This document shows, piece after piece, positions 20,368-30,047 of a DNA stretch of 64,000 bases (position 1 is its first letter; the number at the start of each line of letters is the position of its first letter). The stretch lies in assembly GCA_963674705.1 (NCBI GenBank), contig OY771506.1:1664001-1728000 (forward strand), read 5' to 3'. Origin of the DNA: Phycisphaeraceae bacterium. GTDB taxonomy: Bacteria > Planctomycetota > Phycisphaerae > Phycisphaerales > Phycisphaeraceae. The notes beneath the pieces are model-generated. The model ran no database searches. It was not told where the DNA came from and saw nothing but the letters and a program-made list of their open reading frames with translations. Position numbers and translations under genes: made by a program.

Positions 20368-20856
20368 ATGACGAGCAAACATCACCCCACGACGACGCCG
20401 GGTTTCTGGTACGACACGAAGCAGCGTGACGCGATGCTGGTGGATGTGTTGGGGGCGTTACTCCGGTTGGGCCCGTTGGATGATGATTACATCGCGCGGT
20501 TCTGCCTGACGCCGCAGGATTTGTTCGCGCTGATGCCGGAGGATATCAAGGCCGCCAACGCCAAGGCGATGACCGATGCGCTCATCAACTATTTAGAAGG
20601 GCCGATGAGTATCAACAGCTTCGCCAAGAGCCTGGCAGCGTGGCGTGAAAGCGCCCGGATGGCGCGGGGTTCACTGGAATGGTCGAAGCTGCCGCCGGTG
20701 ACACAGCGCCTGGCTAAGTGCTACGCCTCGGAGATCACCGCCCATGCGCTGGAGCAGGGTTGGGTGGTCGAATCCGACAACCCCAACGCGCGGGGCTGGC
20801 GTCTGACGGAACAGGGGATGGCGGCGCTGGAGCGGTTGAAGAAAGAGCTGCGGTGA
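20368..20856 (+). CDS. Hypothetical protein with a possible C-terminal winged helix
   Basis: Protein-like ORF ending LEQGWV...WRLTEQG. Confidence 0.6.
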   Translation: MTSKHHPTTTPGFWYDTKQRDAMLVDVLGALLRLGPLDDDYIARFCLTPQDLFALMPEDIKAANAKAMTDALINYLEGPMSINSFAKSLAAWRESARMARGSLEWSKLPPVTQRLAKCYASEITAHALEQGWVVESDNPNARGWRLTEQGMAALERLKKELR

Positions 20857-20888
20857 AGTGCTGCTCCGCTTCCAGAAGTAAAGTCATT

Positions 20889-20919
20889 AGCCACAGATGA
20901 ACACGGATGAACACAGATG
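20889..20919. repeat. 10-mer tandem repeat arm (family C)
   Basis: AGCCACAGATGAACACGGATGAACACAGATG. Confidence 0.75.
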
Positions 20920-21058
20920 CTGATTCAAGCATCGGGTTATGTCGCATTGACTTGTTGTATAGCCGCGGGTTTTCAGGGGCCCGACCAGGATGGTCGGGCT
21001 ATATGAGGGGGGCTATACTGTGGGGGTTGAAATTCACTTCAGAATAAGGAGCGCCGTC

Positions 21059-21760
21059 ATGCGTTCACAGAGATTGATGACCGTTGTCTTATTGGTTGCG
21101 ATCGGATTCATGTGTGCTGCGCCAGATTCAGTGCAAAGCTCGGAACCGCAGCAGAAAGATAAGGATACGGTGATCGCGGAGCTGACCGAGCGTGTCGCGG
21201 AGTTGGAGCGGCGGCTGGATGAGTTGGAGGCCAAGGCGCTGCCGTTGATCGAAGAAGCGGCGGCGAAGCAGCGGGTGGATAACGCGAGGTCGAAAGCACG
21301 GGCTCGCATGCGGCGGGATCGCGGCAAGTACAGCCCCGAGGTGTTAGGCAAAGTCGAAGAACTCTATCAGACCGCCAACCGTCACTGGCAATCCCCCGAA
21401 GCGAAAAAAGCGTTACAGGAATTGATCGAGGAGTATCCGGACCTGAACCGTACGGGCTGTGCGACGATGTATCTTGCACAGATGACGCAGGGTGAAGAAC
21501 GGGCTGAATACCTGATGCAGGCGATGGCCGACTTTGCGGATTGCTACTACGGCGACGGCGTGAACGTCGGCGCGTACGCAACGTATCACCTGGCGTGCGA
21601 CCACTGGCAGGCGGGTAATTACGATGACGCCAAACCATTGATCGAGAAGATCAAGACCGACTATCCGGACGCGATCGATCACCGCGGACGGGCACTGGTG
21701 GATGAGTTACGAGAGATGGGGATGAAAGCGAAGTCGGAGCCGGAGCAGGTGGTTCCATAA
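21059..21760 (+). CDS. Secreted coiled-coil / TPR-like protein
   Basis: Signal peptide MRSQRLMTVVLLVAIG, coiled coil, LIEEYP and KIKTDYP TPR-like helices. Confidence 0.7.
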   Translation: MRSQRLMTVVLLVAIGFMCAAPDSVQSSEPQQKDKDTVIAELTERVAELERRLDELEAKALPLIEEAAAKQRVDNARSKARARMRRDRGKYSPEVLGKVEELYQTANRHWQSPEAKKALQELIEEYPDLNRTGCATMYLAQMTQGEERAEYLMQAMADFADCYYGDGVNVGAYATYHLACDHWQAGNYDDAKPLIEKIKTDYPDAIDHRGRALVDELREMGMKAKSEPEQVVP

Positions 21761-21768
21761 GAAGAGTT

Positions 21769-22114
21769 CACCGCAAAGGACGCAGAGGACGCAGAGAAAG
21801 CAAGTTCTTGACTCCCTCTCCCCTCGGGAGAGGGCCGGGGTGAGGGCAGTTGCGCATGAAATAATAAGTGCTTCAAGCGCGAACGAAGCCGTTAATCTCG
21901 TAATAAAAACAAATCTTTACACACAATCCATCCGGACCTCACCCTAACGGGCGATGTGACAAGAGCTGTACGCGAGTGGAACAACTGCCCGCGTTGCGTC
22001 GCAACGCGGCTAACAAAGATAGAAGTGCATTCGATCGCGTGTGTCCCACCACATCCCAAGGCAGAATTAATCCGGCCCTCACCCTAACCCTCTCCCGAGG
22101 GGAGAGGGGACCGG
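21769..22114. repeat. Mosaic repeat cluster: 9-mer arm, family A element, family B hairpin, family A right arm
   Basis: CCGCAAAGGACGCAGAGGACGCAGAG; family A at 21812-21948; family B at 21980-22012; family A arm at 22071-22114. Confidence 0.8.
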
Positions 22115-22142
22115 AGAAACTCGATCTTCTCTGCGGTGAAAC

Positions 22143-23867
22143 CTACACCGGCAGTTTTTCGAGTTCTTCGCCGATGGCGGCCATGAGCGGTTCGAGGGTT
22201 GCCTGGGTGAAGTCGAACTTGAGGCCGGCGGTTTCGAAGAGGGTGGGCAGCGGGCGTTTGCCGCCGAGGCGCAGGGCGCTGCGGTAATCTTCGAGCGCCT
22301 TGACGGGGTCGTTGCGGTAGTTGAGCCAGAGTTGTAATGCGCCGAGCTGCGCGATGCCGTACTCGATGTAGTAGAACGGCACGTGATAGAGGTGCAGTTG
22401 CTTCTGCCACATCGCGGCGCGTTGTTCATCAAGGCCGGACCAGTCGACTTCTTTGCGCTTAAAGCGGTTGAGGATGTCAAGCCACGCCTTGGTGCGCTCG
22501 TCGCGGGTCTGGTCGGGGTGGGTGTAGATCCAGTGCTGGAACTGATCGATCGTCGCGATCCACGGGAGGATGTTGATGATGCCTTCGAGCAGGCCGCGGA
22601 ATGCGCGGTCGCGGTCGGCCTGGTCGGGATAGAACACATTGAAGTGATCGGCGCCGATCAATTCCATCGACATGCTCGCGACTTCGCAGAATTCCATTGG
22701 CGCGTGACGCATGAAGATCAGCGGTTCTTCGGCGGCTGCCCAGATGAAGTGGAAGGCATGCCCTGCTTCGTGCAACATCGTGCGGACATCGTTATCAAGC
22801 CCGGCGGCGTTCATGAAGATGAACGGTTCCTTGCTTTCCTGCAAGGAACTCTGGAAGCCGCCGGCACGTTTACCCTTGCGGCTTTCAAGGTCGAGGTTGC
22901 GGCCCATCTTCAAAGTAGCGAAGTCGCTGCCGAGGCCCGGGTTCACACGGCTGAACACTTCGCGCGACTTATCAACGAGGTCCTGCGGCTGATCTTTGTC
23001 GAACGGTTTAAGCGGCGAGCGGTTCTTGACGTCGACCGCGAGGTCCCAGGGACGCAGCACATCGACACCCAGCGACGCCTTACGCTGCGCATCCATCTTG
23101 TCGATCAGGGGCAGGCAGACTTTTTCGACGGCCTCGGCGAACTGGTGGCAGTGCTCGGGCGTGTAGTCGAAGCGGTCCATCGCCTTCCACATGTAGGCGC
23201 GGTAGTCGGACATGTCGGCGTTTGTGGCCATCTGCTTGCGCAGGTCGAGCATCTTGTCGAAGATCGTGTCAAACTTTTCGCGGTCTTGCAGGCGGCGGTC
23301 GGCGCTTAGCCGCCAGGCTTGTTCGCGCGTTTCACGGTCGGGCTCTTCGAGATAGCGCGACAGTTGCTGGAGCGTGAGGGTTTGGCCGTCGAAGTCGACG
23401 GTCATCGCGCCGACGGTCTTGTCGTATTCCTGGTTGAGCTTGGCGACTTCGGTCTGAAGCGGGACGTTCTGGTCGCGGTAGAGTTCGACGGATGACTTCC
23501 ATTCACGGACGAGGATGCCGAAGCGGTCGTTATCCAGCTCGGTATGGGCCGGGGAAGCAAGCAGCTTCTTCTGCATCTCGAAGAAGATCGGCTTGAGCTT
23601 TGGTGCGATGTTCTCGATGTAGTGCAGGAAGGCTTTTTCGATTTCCGGGTCGTCGGTGTGGCAGGCGGCGTCGATGTTCTTGCGCGAGCCGTACTCAGCA
23701 ACGATGGCCGAGAGTTCGGAGAAGTCGGCAAGCCATTGTCGGAGTTGCTCAAGCGAATCGGTCGGGCGTTCGAGCAGCGATTTGTAGAGCGGCTCGAGCT
23801 GATTCCAATCGGACGGATCGAGGTCGGCGGGGGCAAAGGTGCGTTCGGCAACGGCTTGGTCGGTCAT
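22143..23867 (-). CDS. M3 family oligoendopeptidase (PepF-like)
   Basis: RKGKRAGGF, PFIFMN, HEAGH, EFCEVASMSME, HLYHVPFYYIEYG. Confidence 0.93.
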   Translation of the reverse strand: MTDQAVAERTFAPADLDPSDWNQLEPLYKSLLERPTDSLEQLRQWLADFSELSAIVAEYGSRKNIDAACHTDDPEIEKAFLHYIENIAPKLKPIFFEMQKKLLASPAHTELDNDRFGILVREWKSSVELYRDQNVPLQTEVAKLNQEYDKTVGAMTVDFDGQTLTLQQLSRYLEEPDRETREQAWRLSADRRLQDREKFDTIFDKMLDLRKQMATNADMSDYRAYMWKAMDRFDYTPEHCHQFAEAVEKVCLPLIDKMDAQRKASLGVDVLRPWDLAVDVKNRSPLKPFDKDQPQDLVDKSREVFSRVNPGLGSDFATLKMGRNLDLESRKGKRAGGFQSSLQESKEPFIFMNAAGLDNDVRTMLHEAGHAFHFIWAAAEEPLIFMRHAPMEFCEVASMSMELIGADHFNVFYPDQADRDRAFRGLLEGIINILPWIATIDQFQHWIYTHPDQTRDERTKAWLDILNRFKRKEVDWSGLDEQRAAMWQKQLHLYHVPFYYIEYGIAQLGALQLWLNYRNDPVKALEDYRSALRLGGKRPLPTLFETAGLKFDFTQATLEPLMAAIGEELEKLPV

Positions 23868-23984
23868 GATGTCTCTCTATCTCTGGTGTGTTGATTCGTG
23901 TCTTAAGAATGTAGCAGGATAGCGGATATTAGGCGGGAATGAGAGGTGTAGACAAATTTGTCACCGATGAACACAGTCTGAGAG

Positions 23985-24163
23985 GAATGTCGAATGCACG
24001 AATGCCGAATGACGAATCAATGCCGAAATTCAAATGACCAATAGCATGGTCGGGTATTGAACATTCGTCATTTGGACATTATTTCGACATTCGTGGATTC
24101 GTCATTCGTGCATTTCATTTGAATCCGGCCCTCACCCCGGCCCTCTCCCGGGGGGAGAGGGGG
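23985..24163. repeat. Inverted heptamer-repeat element (CGAATGN units) followed by a family A right arm
   Basis: GAATGTCGAATGCACGAATGCCGAATGACGAAT...ATTCGTGGATTCGTCATTCGTGCATTTC; family A arm at 24124-24163. Confidence 0.8.
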
Positions 24164-24176
24164 TAATGATTCAGGT

Positions 24177-25445
24177 TCAGTTTTTGGCGTGGATTCGGAC
24201 GAAGCTGAGGGTGCCGGGGCCGTAGCCGCCTTCGTCGCCGGTGATGGCGATGAGGTCTTCGTCGTGATGAACGAGGATCAATCCTTCGGGGCGGTCGCCG
24301 ATCTTGAATTTGTCGATGAGTCTGGGCTGTGTTGGATCGGCGAGGTCGAGTGCGTAGAAGTAGTCGCCGCGCTCGGTGGTGCCGACGGCGATGGTGCGGC
24401 CGGCGAAGTGGGCGAGTTTGACGGCTTCGGGGTCGCGCCGTGATTCAGGCTCGGAAGGTTTGACGAGCGAACGGACATCGACGCGCGACATGGGTGTGGC
24501 ATCGGTGCTGAGGTCGTTCGGATCGAGCCAGTGGAAGCTGACGCTGTGGCCTTGCATGTAGCCGTACTTGGACAGCTTGCCTTCCTCGGCGGCGGCGACG
24601 AGGCAACCGGTTTTACCTTCGGGATTCTGGACGTTGTCGAGGATGGATACGCCGTCGGGCTCCGCGCCGGCGGTGAGGTAGATCGGTTTGCCGAAGGTGG
24701 GGACGCCTGTTTGCAGATCGAGCGTGAGCAGGAGGTTGTTTTCCTGGCAACTGATGACAGCGAAGCGCGACTGTGGATCGAACGCGACGAACTCGGGCTC
24801 GACTTCGCTTTCAGGCATGCCCAGCAGTTTCTTCAAACCCGGCACGGCATGTGCGGGCAACTCACCATCGCGCGCGAAACGATCGGGCGAGAGGTTGCTG
24901 ATATCGATGACCCAGACTTCACCGGGCGCGTCGGGGTGACGTTCTGCTTCGCAGGCGACGATGGCGTATTTACCATCAGGCGAGATGGCGATGCTGTCGG
25001 GGTGTGGGCCGACGGGTTGTTTGAGGATCATACGGCCTAGCGTTTTTTCGCGCAGGTCGAAGCCGAAGACGGTGCCGCCGTCGCCGGGCAGCCGGCCGAG
25101 GACGGTGACCAGCGCGATGGGTTGTGTGGGATGCACCGCAACACTTGTCGGCTCGCGCACGACCGCGATGCCCTCGGCGACGTTGGGCGTTTCATCATCA
25201 AAGTCGATCGCGGTGAGGATCGGCGGATCGAACGAAGTGACTTTGAAGACGTCGAGTGTTTTCCAGTGCGAGTCGGTGGAAAGCAGTAGTTGTTCGCAGG
25301 CGCAGTAGTCAACGATCTCACAGACGAAACCGGGCACGTCGATGGTGTCGAGGTGTGTCAGCTCTATCTGCGGTTGGGTTGATTGCGCGGGGCAGGTGTT
25401 CGCCAGGCAGGCAAGCAGTAGTGTGGTGATGAAGCGGTAAGGCAA
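24177..25445 (-). CDS. Secreted beta-propeller protein (choice-of-anchor I / YVTN-like)
   Basis: Signal peptide; blades EPTSVAVHP, PDSIAISPDG, EPEFVAF, EPDGV, DPEAV, RPEGL. Confidence 0.7.
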   Translation of the reverse strand: MPYRFITTLLLACLANTCPAQSTQPQIELTHLDTIDVPGFVCEIVDYCACEQLLLSTDSHWKTLDVFKVTSFDPPILTAIDFDDETPNVAEGIAVVREPTSVAVHPTQPIALVTVLGRLPGDGGTVFGFDLREKTLGRMILKQPVGPHPDSIAISPDGKYAIVACEAERHPDAPGEVWVIDISNLSPDRFARDGELPAHAVPGLKKLLGMPESEVEPEFVAFDPQSRFAVISCQENNLLLTLDLQTGVPTFGKPIYLTAGAEPDGVSILDNVQNPEGKTGCLVAAAEEGKLSKYGYMQGHSVSFHWLDPNDLSTDATPMSRVDVRSLVKPSEPESRRDPEAVKLAHFAGRTIAVGTTERGDYFYALDLADPTQPRLIDKFKIGDRPEGLILVHHDEDLIAITGDEGGYGPGTLSFVRIHAKN

Positions 25446-25456
25446 GCGTTGCGTCC

Positions 25457-26305
25457 TTAATCACGAGCGGGACCGAGTGGGTTCCAGATGAGGGTTTCGG
25501 TGTTCCAGTCGCCGTCGGCCTGGTTGGGTTCGCGTGTGCCTTGTTTGTTCGTGGTGGCGACTTCGTAGTCGACGTGTTCGCCGTGGCCATCGGCGAAGAG
25601 GTAGTGCCCGCCGTTGCGGTGGCGTGCGGCGACGCGTTTCCAGTTGGCCTTGGCGCGGTTCAGGCCGTTGTTGTTTTTGAAGAACGGGTCAGCCGTATCG
25701 ACTTCGGTTTCGATGGTGCGTTTTTCGAGCATGTAAACGGTGCGTGTGGTGTTGCGGACCTGGCTCTCGTTGATGCGGGGCCAAGTGGTGGGATCACTTG
25801 CGCTGAGGCTGACGCCTCTTTGCAGGGCTTCGAGTTCGAGTTGCTCGGCGAGGCGCGAGTTGGGGACGTAGCAGAAGAATGAAGTTTGCCGGACGGGGTG
25901 GCCTGTTGGATATCCGCCGAACTCAAGCACCTGGTCGGGCACTTCGGCGCTGTCATCGACGAAGATGCCGCCGTCGCCGGGCAGTGGGGTTTTGTCCATG
26001 TCGATGTAGGCTTCGCTGCCGACGTACGGGGGCAGCGCGTTGGCCCACCATTCATCATCGTCGAGGTTGTATCGGATCTGGTCGACACCGTCGCGGGCGA
26101 CGACGCCGTTGTGATCGGTGGTAAACGCGGAGGAGGCGACACCCCACTGGCGGACGTTGGAAAGGCTGACAATGCCTTGCGCGGTGCGTCGAGCGGCGCC
26201 GAGCGCGGGCAGGAGGATGCCGACAAGCAGCGCGATGATGGAGATAACAACAAGTAGTTCGATGAGTGTGAATGCGTGTTTGATGTGTTGTTTGCGAACG
26301 TCCAT
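25457..26305 (-). CDS. Prepilin-type N-terminal cleavage/methylation protein with H-X9-DG motif (DUF1559-like)
   Basis: AFTLIELLVVISIIALLVGILLPALGAAR; RHRNGGHYLFADGH. Confidence 0.92.
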   Translation of the reverse strand: MDVRKQHIKHAFTLIELLVVISIIALLVGILLPALGAARRTAQGIVSLSNVRQWGVASSAFTTDHNGVVARDGVDQIRYNLDDDEWWANALPPYVGSEAYIDMDKTPLPGDGGIFVDDSAEVPDQVLEFGGYPTGHPVRQTSFFCYVPNSRLAEQLELEALQRGVSLSASDPTTWPRINESQVRNTTRTVYMLEKRTIETEVDTADPFFKNNNGLNRAKANWKRVAARHRNGGHYLFADGHGEHVDYEVATTNKQGTREPNQADGDWNTETLIWNPLGPARD

Positions 26306-26342
26306 GTATGGGCCCTGTGTAGGGTTTTGGTTTTTAAAGAGA

Positions 26343-26378
26343 AGACGGCGGGGCCTGATCAAAGCTCCGCCGTCTCCC
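26343..26378 (-). terminator. Hairpin / terminator between the PEP-CTERM and prepilin-like genes
   Basis: Minus strand GAGACGGCGGAGC-tttgatcag-GCCCCGCCGTCTTC followed by TCTTT. Confidence 0.6.
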
Positions 26379-26407
26379 CTATGTGTATATACAACCGCGG
26401 GGATTAC

Positions 26408-27094
26408 TTACCCACGGCGGATGAGAGCCACGAAGCCACCGAGGCCGAGCAGCGCGAGTGTCGCCGGTTCGGGAACAGCGGTGCCGGGCGAAGCGAATTC
26501 GTAGACGCCTTCGCTGTTGGTTTCGGAGGAAGCGTAGATACCGAACTGGCCGTCGTAGGCCGCGCCGCCGACGAAGCCGCCGGGGGTGTAGTTGGCGGAA
26601 TCCCAATCTTCACCACCGGCCCAGACGCCGGCGTGTTCATCGCTGATCAGGTCGAGCGGATCGGTGGCGTCGCCGTCGCCGTAGAACAGTTGCAGAGCGA
26701 TGGCGTCAGCGGCGTCGAAGAGGGTGATGCCGTCACCTTTACCGAGGCCCGCGCCGGCGTGGAAGCCGACCTGGACACCGGTGAGGCCGCCCCAGAAGGC
26801 GCGGAAAGCAGTGTCATCGACATCATTGAGGATGATGACGGATTCGCCGGGCGCGATGCTGGTCACACCGGTGATGGCGACAGCATCGAGGATCTCGGCG
26901 GACTCATCATCGAACTTCCAGCCGGTGACATCGGCGGCGGTGTCGCCGAAGTTGGTGACTTCGAACCAGTCTTCGGTCACGGCAGACTTGCTGGTGACTT
27001 CGGTGATGACGAGGTTCGGAGCGGCGGTGGCGATGTTCGCGGCGAACATCGAGGCAAACGCGGCGGAGGCGATCATGGCGTTAATGGTCTTCAT
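26408..27094 (-). CDS. Lamin-tail-domain PEP-CTERM protein
   Basis: LVITEV, DWFEVTN, DVTGWKFDD, IAPGES, FASPG; ends VPEPATLALLGLGGFVALIRRG. Confidence 0.88.
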   Translation of the reverse strand: MKTINAMIASAAFASMFAANIATAAPNLVITEVTSKSAVTEDWFEVTNFGDTAADVTGWKFDDESAEILDAVAITGVTSIAPGESVIILNDVDDTAFRAFWGGLTGVQVGFHAGAGLGKGDGITLFDAADAIALQLFYGDGDATDPLDLISDEHAGVWAGGEDWDSANYTPGGFVGGAAYDGQFGIYASSETNSEGVYEFASPGTAVPEPATLALLGLGGFVALIRRG

Positions 27095-27166
27095 GGCACT
27101 TTCTCCCAGGTAGGATTGCTTGAAAAAGCTCGGCAACTTTTGTGACCGGGCGGTGAGTAAACGGTG

Positions 27167-28222
27167 TTATTTACGGCGGACCAACGCGGTCGCGCCGAGC
27201 GTGAGCAGGGTCAGAGCAGCAGCTGGTTCGGGCACGGCGACGGTCGGGGGCGAGCCGGCGTTCCAGTTGCTGAGCACGATGTCCAGGTCGTCGAGGCCGA
27301 CGAAGCCATCAGGCGATGTACCGGCGGGGCCGGCGATGTCGGCGGTAGTGTCGCTGCTGTTCCAGTTGTTCAGGATGATGTCGAGGTCGGAGAGTCCGAC
27401 GAAGCCGTCACCGTCCAGATCGCCGGTGATGGTGAACCAGCTACGGATGGCGGAGAAGTCCTGGAGGAAGGACTGGTCATCCCAGTCGTTGGGTGCGCCG
27501 AAGGTGCTGTTGTCGGCATCGTCATAGTCGCTGACGGTGGCGGCGCTTGAAGGATTGAGTTCGAGGCGGCCGACTTCCTGGCTGTTGATACCGCCACCGA
27601 GCCAGCCGAAGACGGCCTCGCCGATCGGGCCGGAGATGGTGTTGCCCTGGTCGTCCTTGATGGTGCCGGCCCAATCGTCGTTATCTGTTTTGAAAGCGCC
27701 GGTGGTGAAGAGGCTGGTGTCGCTGAGCCAGGCGTTGATCCACCAGTCGCCGTTACCGGGGTCGTAGCTGAAGTCGGTATCAACGTTGAACGGTGTTCCG
27801 ACGGCGTCGGCGATGTAGTTGAAGTCATTGTCCTGAAGGTTGGCGACTTCGGGGACCAGGTCATCGACGGTTTCGATGATGGTGATGATGGTGCCGGCGC
27901 GGAGGTTGGACCAACGGGCATCATTAGAGAAGGTCAGCGTGCCGGCATCAGGATCGGAGTTGGTGTATTCGAGCGTCCAGCCACGGATATCCAGGTGATC
28001 GACGGTGACGACGAGTTCGACCCAGTTGCCGCCGTTGCCCTGGATGCGGCCGAAGTAGCTGTCGTAGCCTTCCCAGGGTTTAAGTGAATCGTATTCGAGG
28101 AACTTGGCCTCCCCGACGGCGTTGTATTCATTGATGACCAGTTCCCCGGCCGCGAGCGCATGCGAGGCGCTGAAAAGTCCGCCCAGCAGAACCGCGCTGT
28201 AACCTATACCACGAAGATTCAT
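27167..28222 (-). CDS. PEP-CTERM protein with an LTD-like domain and dockerin/EF-hand-like repeats
   Basis: LVINEYNAV; GDLDGDGFVGLSDLDIILNNWN and DGFVGLDDLDIVLSNWN; VPEP-TM-RRK. Confidence 0.88.
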   Translation of the reverse strand: MNLRGIGYSAVLLGGLFSASHALAAGELVINEYNAVGEAKFLEYDSLKPWEGYDSYFGRIQGNGGNWVELVVTVDHLDIRGWTLEYTNSDPDAGTLTFSNDARWSNLRAGTIITIIETVDDLVPEVANLQDNDFNYIADAVGTPFNVDTDFSYDPGNGDWWINAWLSDTSLFTTGAFKTDNDDWAGTIKDDQGNTISGPIGEAVFGWLGGGINSQEVGRLELNPSSAATVSDYDDADNSTFGAPNDWDDQSFLQDFSAIRSWFTITGDLDGDGFVGLSDLDIILNNWNSSDTTADIAGPAGTSPDGFVGLDDLDIVLSNWNAGSPPTVAVPEPAAALTLLTLGATALVRRK

Positions 28223-28489
28223 GTTGTGTCCTTTCTGTGCCGGGTGGATGTACGAACAGCCTGCCGGTCACCTCCTGTTGATTGAGGCGGCATTCTGGCG
28301 AAGCTTTGTTAACTGCGATTGAGTGCGGCGCTAGGAAAGGGTTAATAAAGTCAGCGTGGCGGTTGCGTATCTTTAGAGCACGCTTCCATATAGGAAAGTT
28401 TTTTTGTTGATCTTTCATGGATGGCCGGTTAACATCACCGGCTGATGACAACCACCCTCTGAAACAGTCTGGTCGAAGCACGTACGCAT

Positions 28490-28561
28490 ATGCGTGTGTT
28501 GCTGCGCGCCGAAGTATCCACGGCGACGATCGTCCAGACTGACACCCGGCCATACGGATAA
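28490..28561 (+). CDS. Candidate 23-aa leader peptide MRVLLRAEVSTATIVQTDTRPYG
   Basis: Short ORF ending 79 nt upstream of the RNHCP gene. It has no strong SD, so translation is unproven. Confidence 0.35.
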   Translation: MRVLLRAEVSTATIVQTDTRPYG

Positions 28562-28639
28562 ACCCCAGTCGATTGTTTTTTCGTCGGCGCGCTTGTGTTG
28601 TACGCGGAGCGTACGGGCGCCCGATCGGGTGAGTTATAT

Positions 28640-29005
28640 ATGTCACGAAGAGGTAAACAGTATTCGGAAGGTTTCCGATGCATCCGTTGTGGATTTGATG
28701 TGCGCAGCGAGTCACGCGGGACGCGCCATCGCAACCACTGTCCTTATTGTTTGTGGTCACGGCACGTGGATCACGCGCCGGGCGATCGCGCGTGTGGGTG
28801 CCGGTCGGCGATGGAGCCGATCGGGATCGATGTGCGTATGGATGGCGAGTGGGCGTTGATCCATCGCTGCACGGGTTGCGGGGCGATCCGCATCAACCGG
28901 ATTGCGGGCGACGATCAGGAGCTGGCGTTGTTACAGTTGGCGCTTCGGCCGCTGGCGAACCCGCCGTTCCCATTGGATGGTTTGCCGGTGATGGGTCGGT
29001 CTTGA
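28640..29005 (+). CDS. RNHCP domain protein
   Basis: FRCIRCG, RNHCPYCLWSRHVD, PGDRAC, HRCTGCG, NRIAGDD. Confidence 0.93.
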   Translation: MSRRGKQYSEGFRCIRCGFDVRSESRGTRHRNHCPYCLWSRHVDHAPGDRACGCRSAMEPIGIDVRMDGEWALIHRCTGCGAIRINRIAGDDQELALLQLALRPLANPPFPLDGLPVMGRS

Positions 29006-29013
29006 CCATGCGC

Positions 29014-29433
29014 CTACTTCTCCTCGGGCTGTCTGCTTCTAAGCCATTGCAGCGCATCGTCTGTGTTTTTGAAGGCCTGCGCGGTCGCCACTCCGTGCTT
29101 GGTCAAGAACATGGTGGCGAACTTGGCGGTTTCCAGGACCTCTTTGTCATGAGAAACCCACGCGATGTGGTGCCGGGGCGTGTATCCGTTATCGGAGAAG
29201 ACCTGCTTGAGTTGAGCGTTATGCGTGATAGACATGGGTACCGTCGCGATGCTCTCGCCGAGGATGTTGTAGCAGTTGTGCTCCTTGCAAGCCTTGGCGG
29301 CATCGTGAAAAACCTTACGGAAGCGTTCCAGGGATGCTTCGTTGGCGACGAGTTTGATGTAGATGTAGTCCGCACGTTTTTCAATGATGTAGTCCGCGTC
29401 CATTGGAGGCAACTCTCTTGTAGGCAAAGGCAT
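29014..29433 (-). CDS. Hypothetical SpoIIAA/STAS-like protein
   Basis: Paralog of 29655-30047; ends AFKNTDDALQWL, a typical SpoIIAA-like terminus. Confidence 0.65.
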   Translation of the reverse strand: MPLPTRELPPMDADYIIEKRADYIYIKLVANEASLERFRKVFHDAAKACKEHNCYNILGESIATVPMSITHNAQLKQVFSDNGYTPRHHIAWVSHDKEVLETAKFATMFLTKHGVATAQAFKNTDDALQWLRSRQPEEK

Positions 29434-29654
29434 TTGTATGTGTTTTGGATGTTGGGAGGCGACTGGTGGAGCACCCGTCGTGCGGATGTCATCGCGTCAC
29501 ATTAAAAGAACTGTAGCAATCTTATTAAAAAAGTCAATTTGGTATTATGATGTTGATCGACGGCATGGTGGTGAGTGATTGCAGACACAGGCCTGCCGGG
29601 ATTCTTGTTCGTCACTACACGTGGAACGATTACGTAACGTGTAGTGAATACGGA

Positions 29655-30047
29655 TTACTGATCTACCGGTTGGTGTTGTCCCAGAAGCCAGTCACATGCC
29701 TCGTCCATCGTGTCGAAGAGGAAGCCGGTGACCAGACCTCGGTTCTTCAAGACCATTTCTACAAACCTGGCCTGATCGGCGACCGGTTTTGCGTGCGTGA
29801 CCCAGGCGAGGCGGTGGCGGGGTGTGATGCCGACTTCCCGGAAGATTTCGGCGTGCTCGAAAGCTTCGGTCGTGGACATGGGTTTGGTCGCGAAGCTTTC
29901 TCCGAGGATGTTGTAGCAGTTATGCTCTTGGCAAGCCTGTGCGATAGCGCCAAAGAACCGGCGGGAGAACTCGGCGGATGCCTGCTCGGCCTCGATCCTG
30001 ACATAAATGTAATTGTCACGTTTTTCGATCGTGAAGCCTTCTGCCAT
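29655..30047 (-). CDS. Hypothetical SpoIIAA/STAS-like protein
   Basis: Shares IEKR.YIY, ACxEHNCYNILGES and TPRHxxAWV with its neighbour. Confidence 0.7.
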   Translation of the reverse strand: MAEGFTIEKRDNYIYVRIEAEQASAEFSRRFFGAIAQACQEHNCYNILGESFATKPMSTTEAFEHAEIFREVGITPRHRLAWVTHAKPVADQARFVEMVLKNRGLVTGFLFDTMDEACDWLLGQHQPVDQ

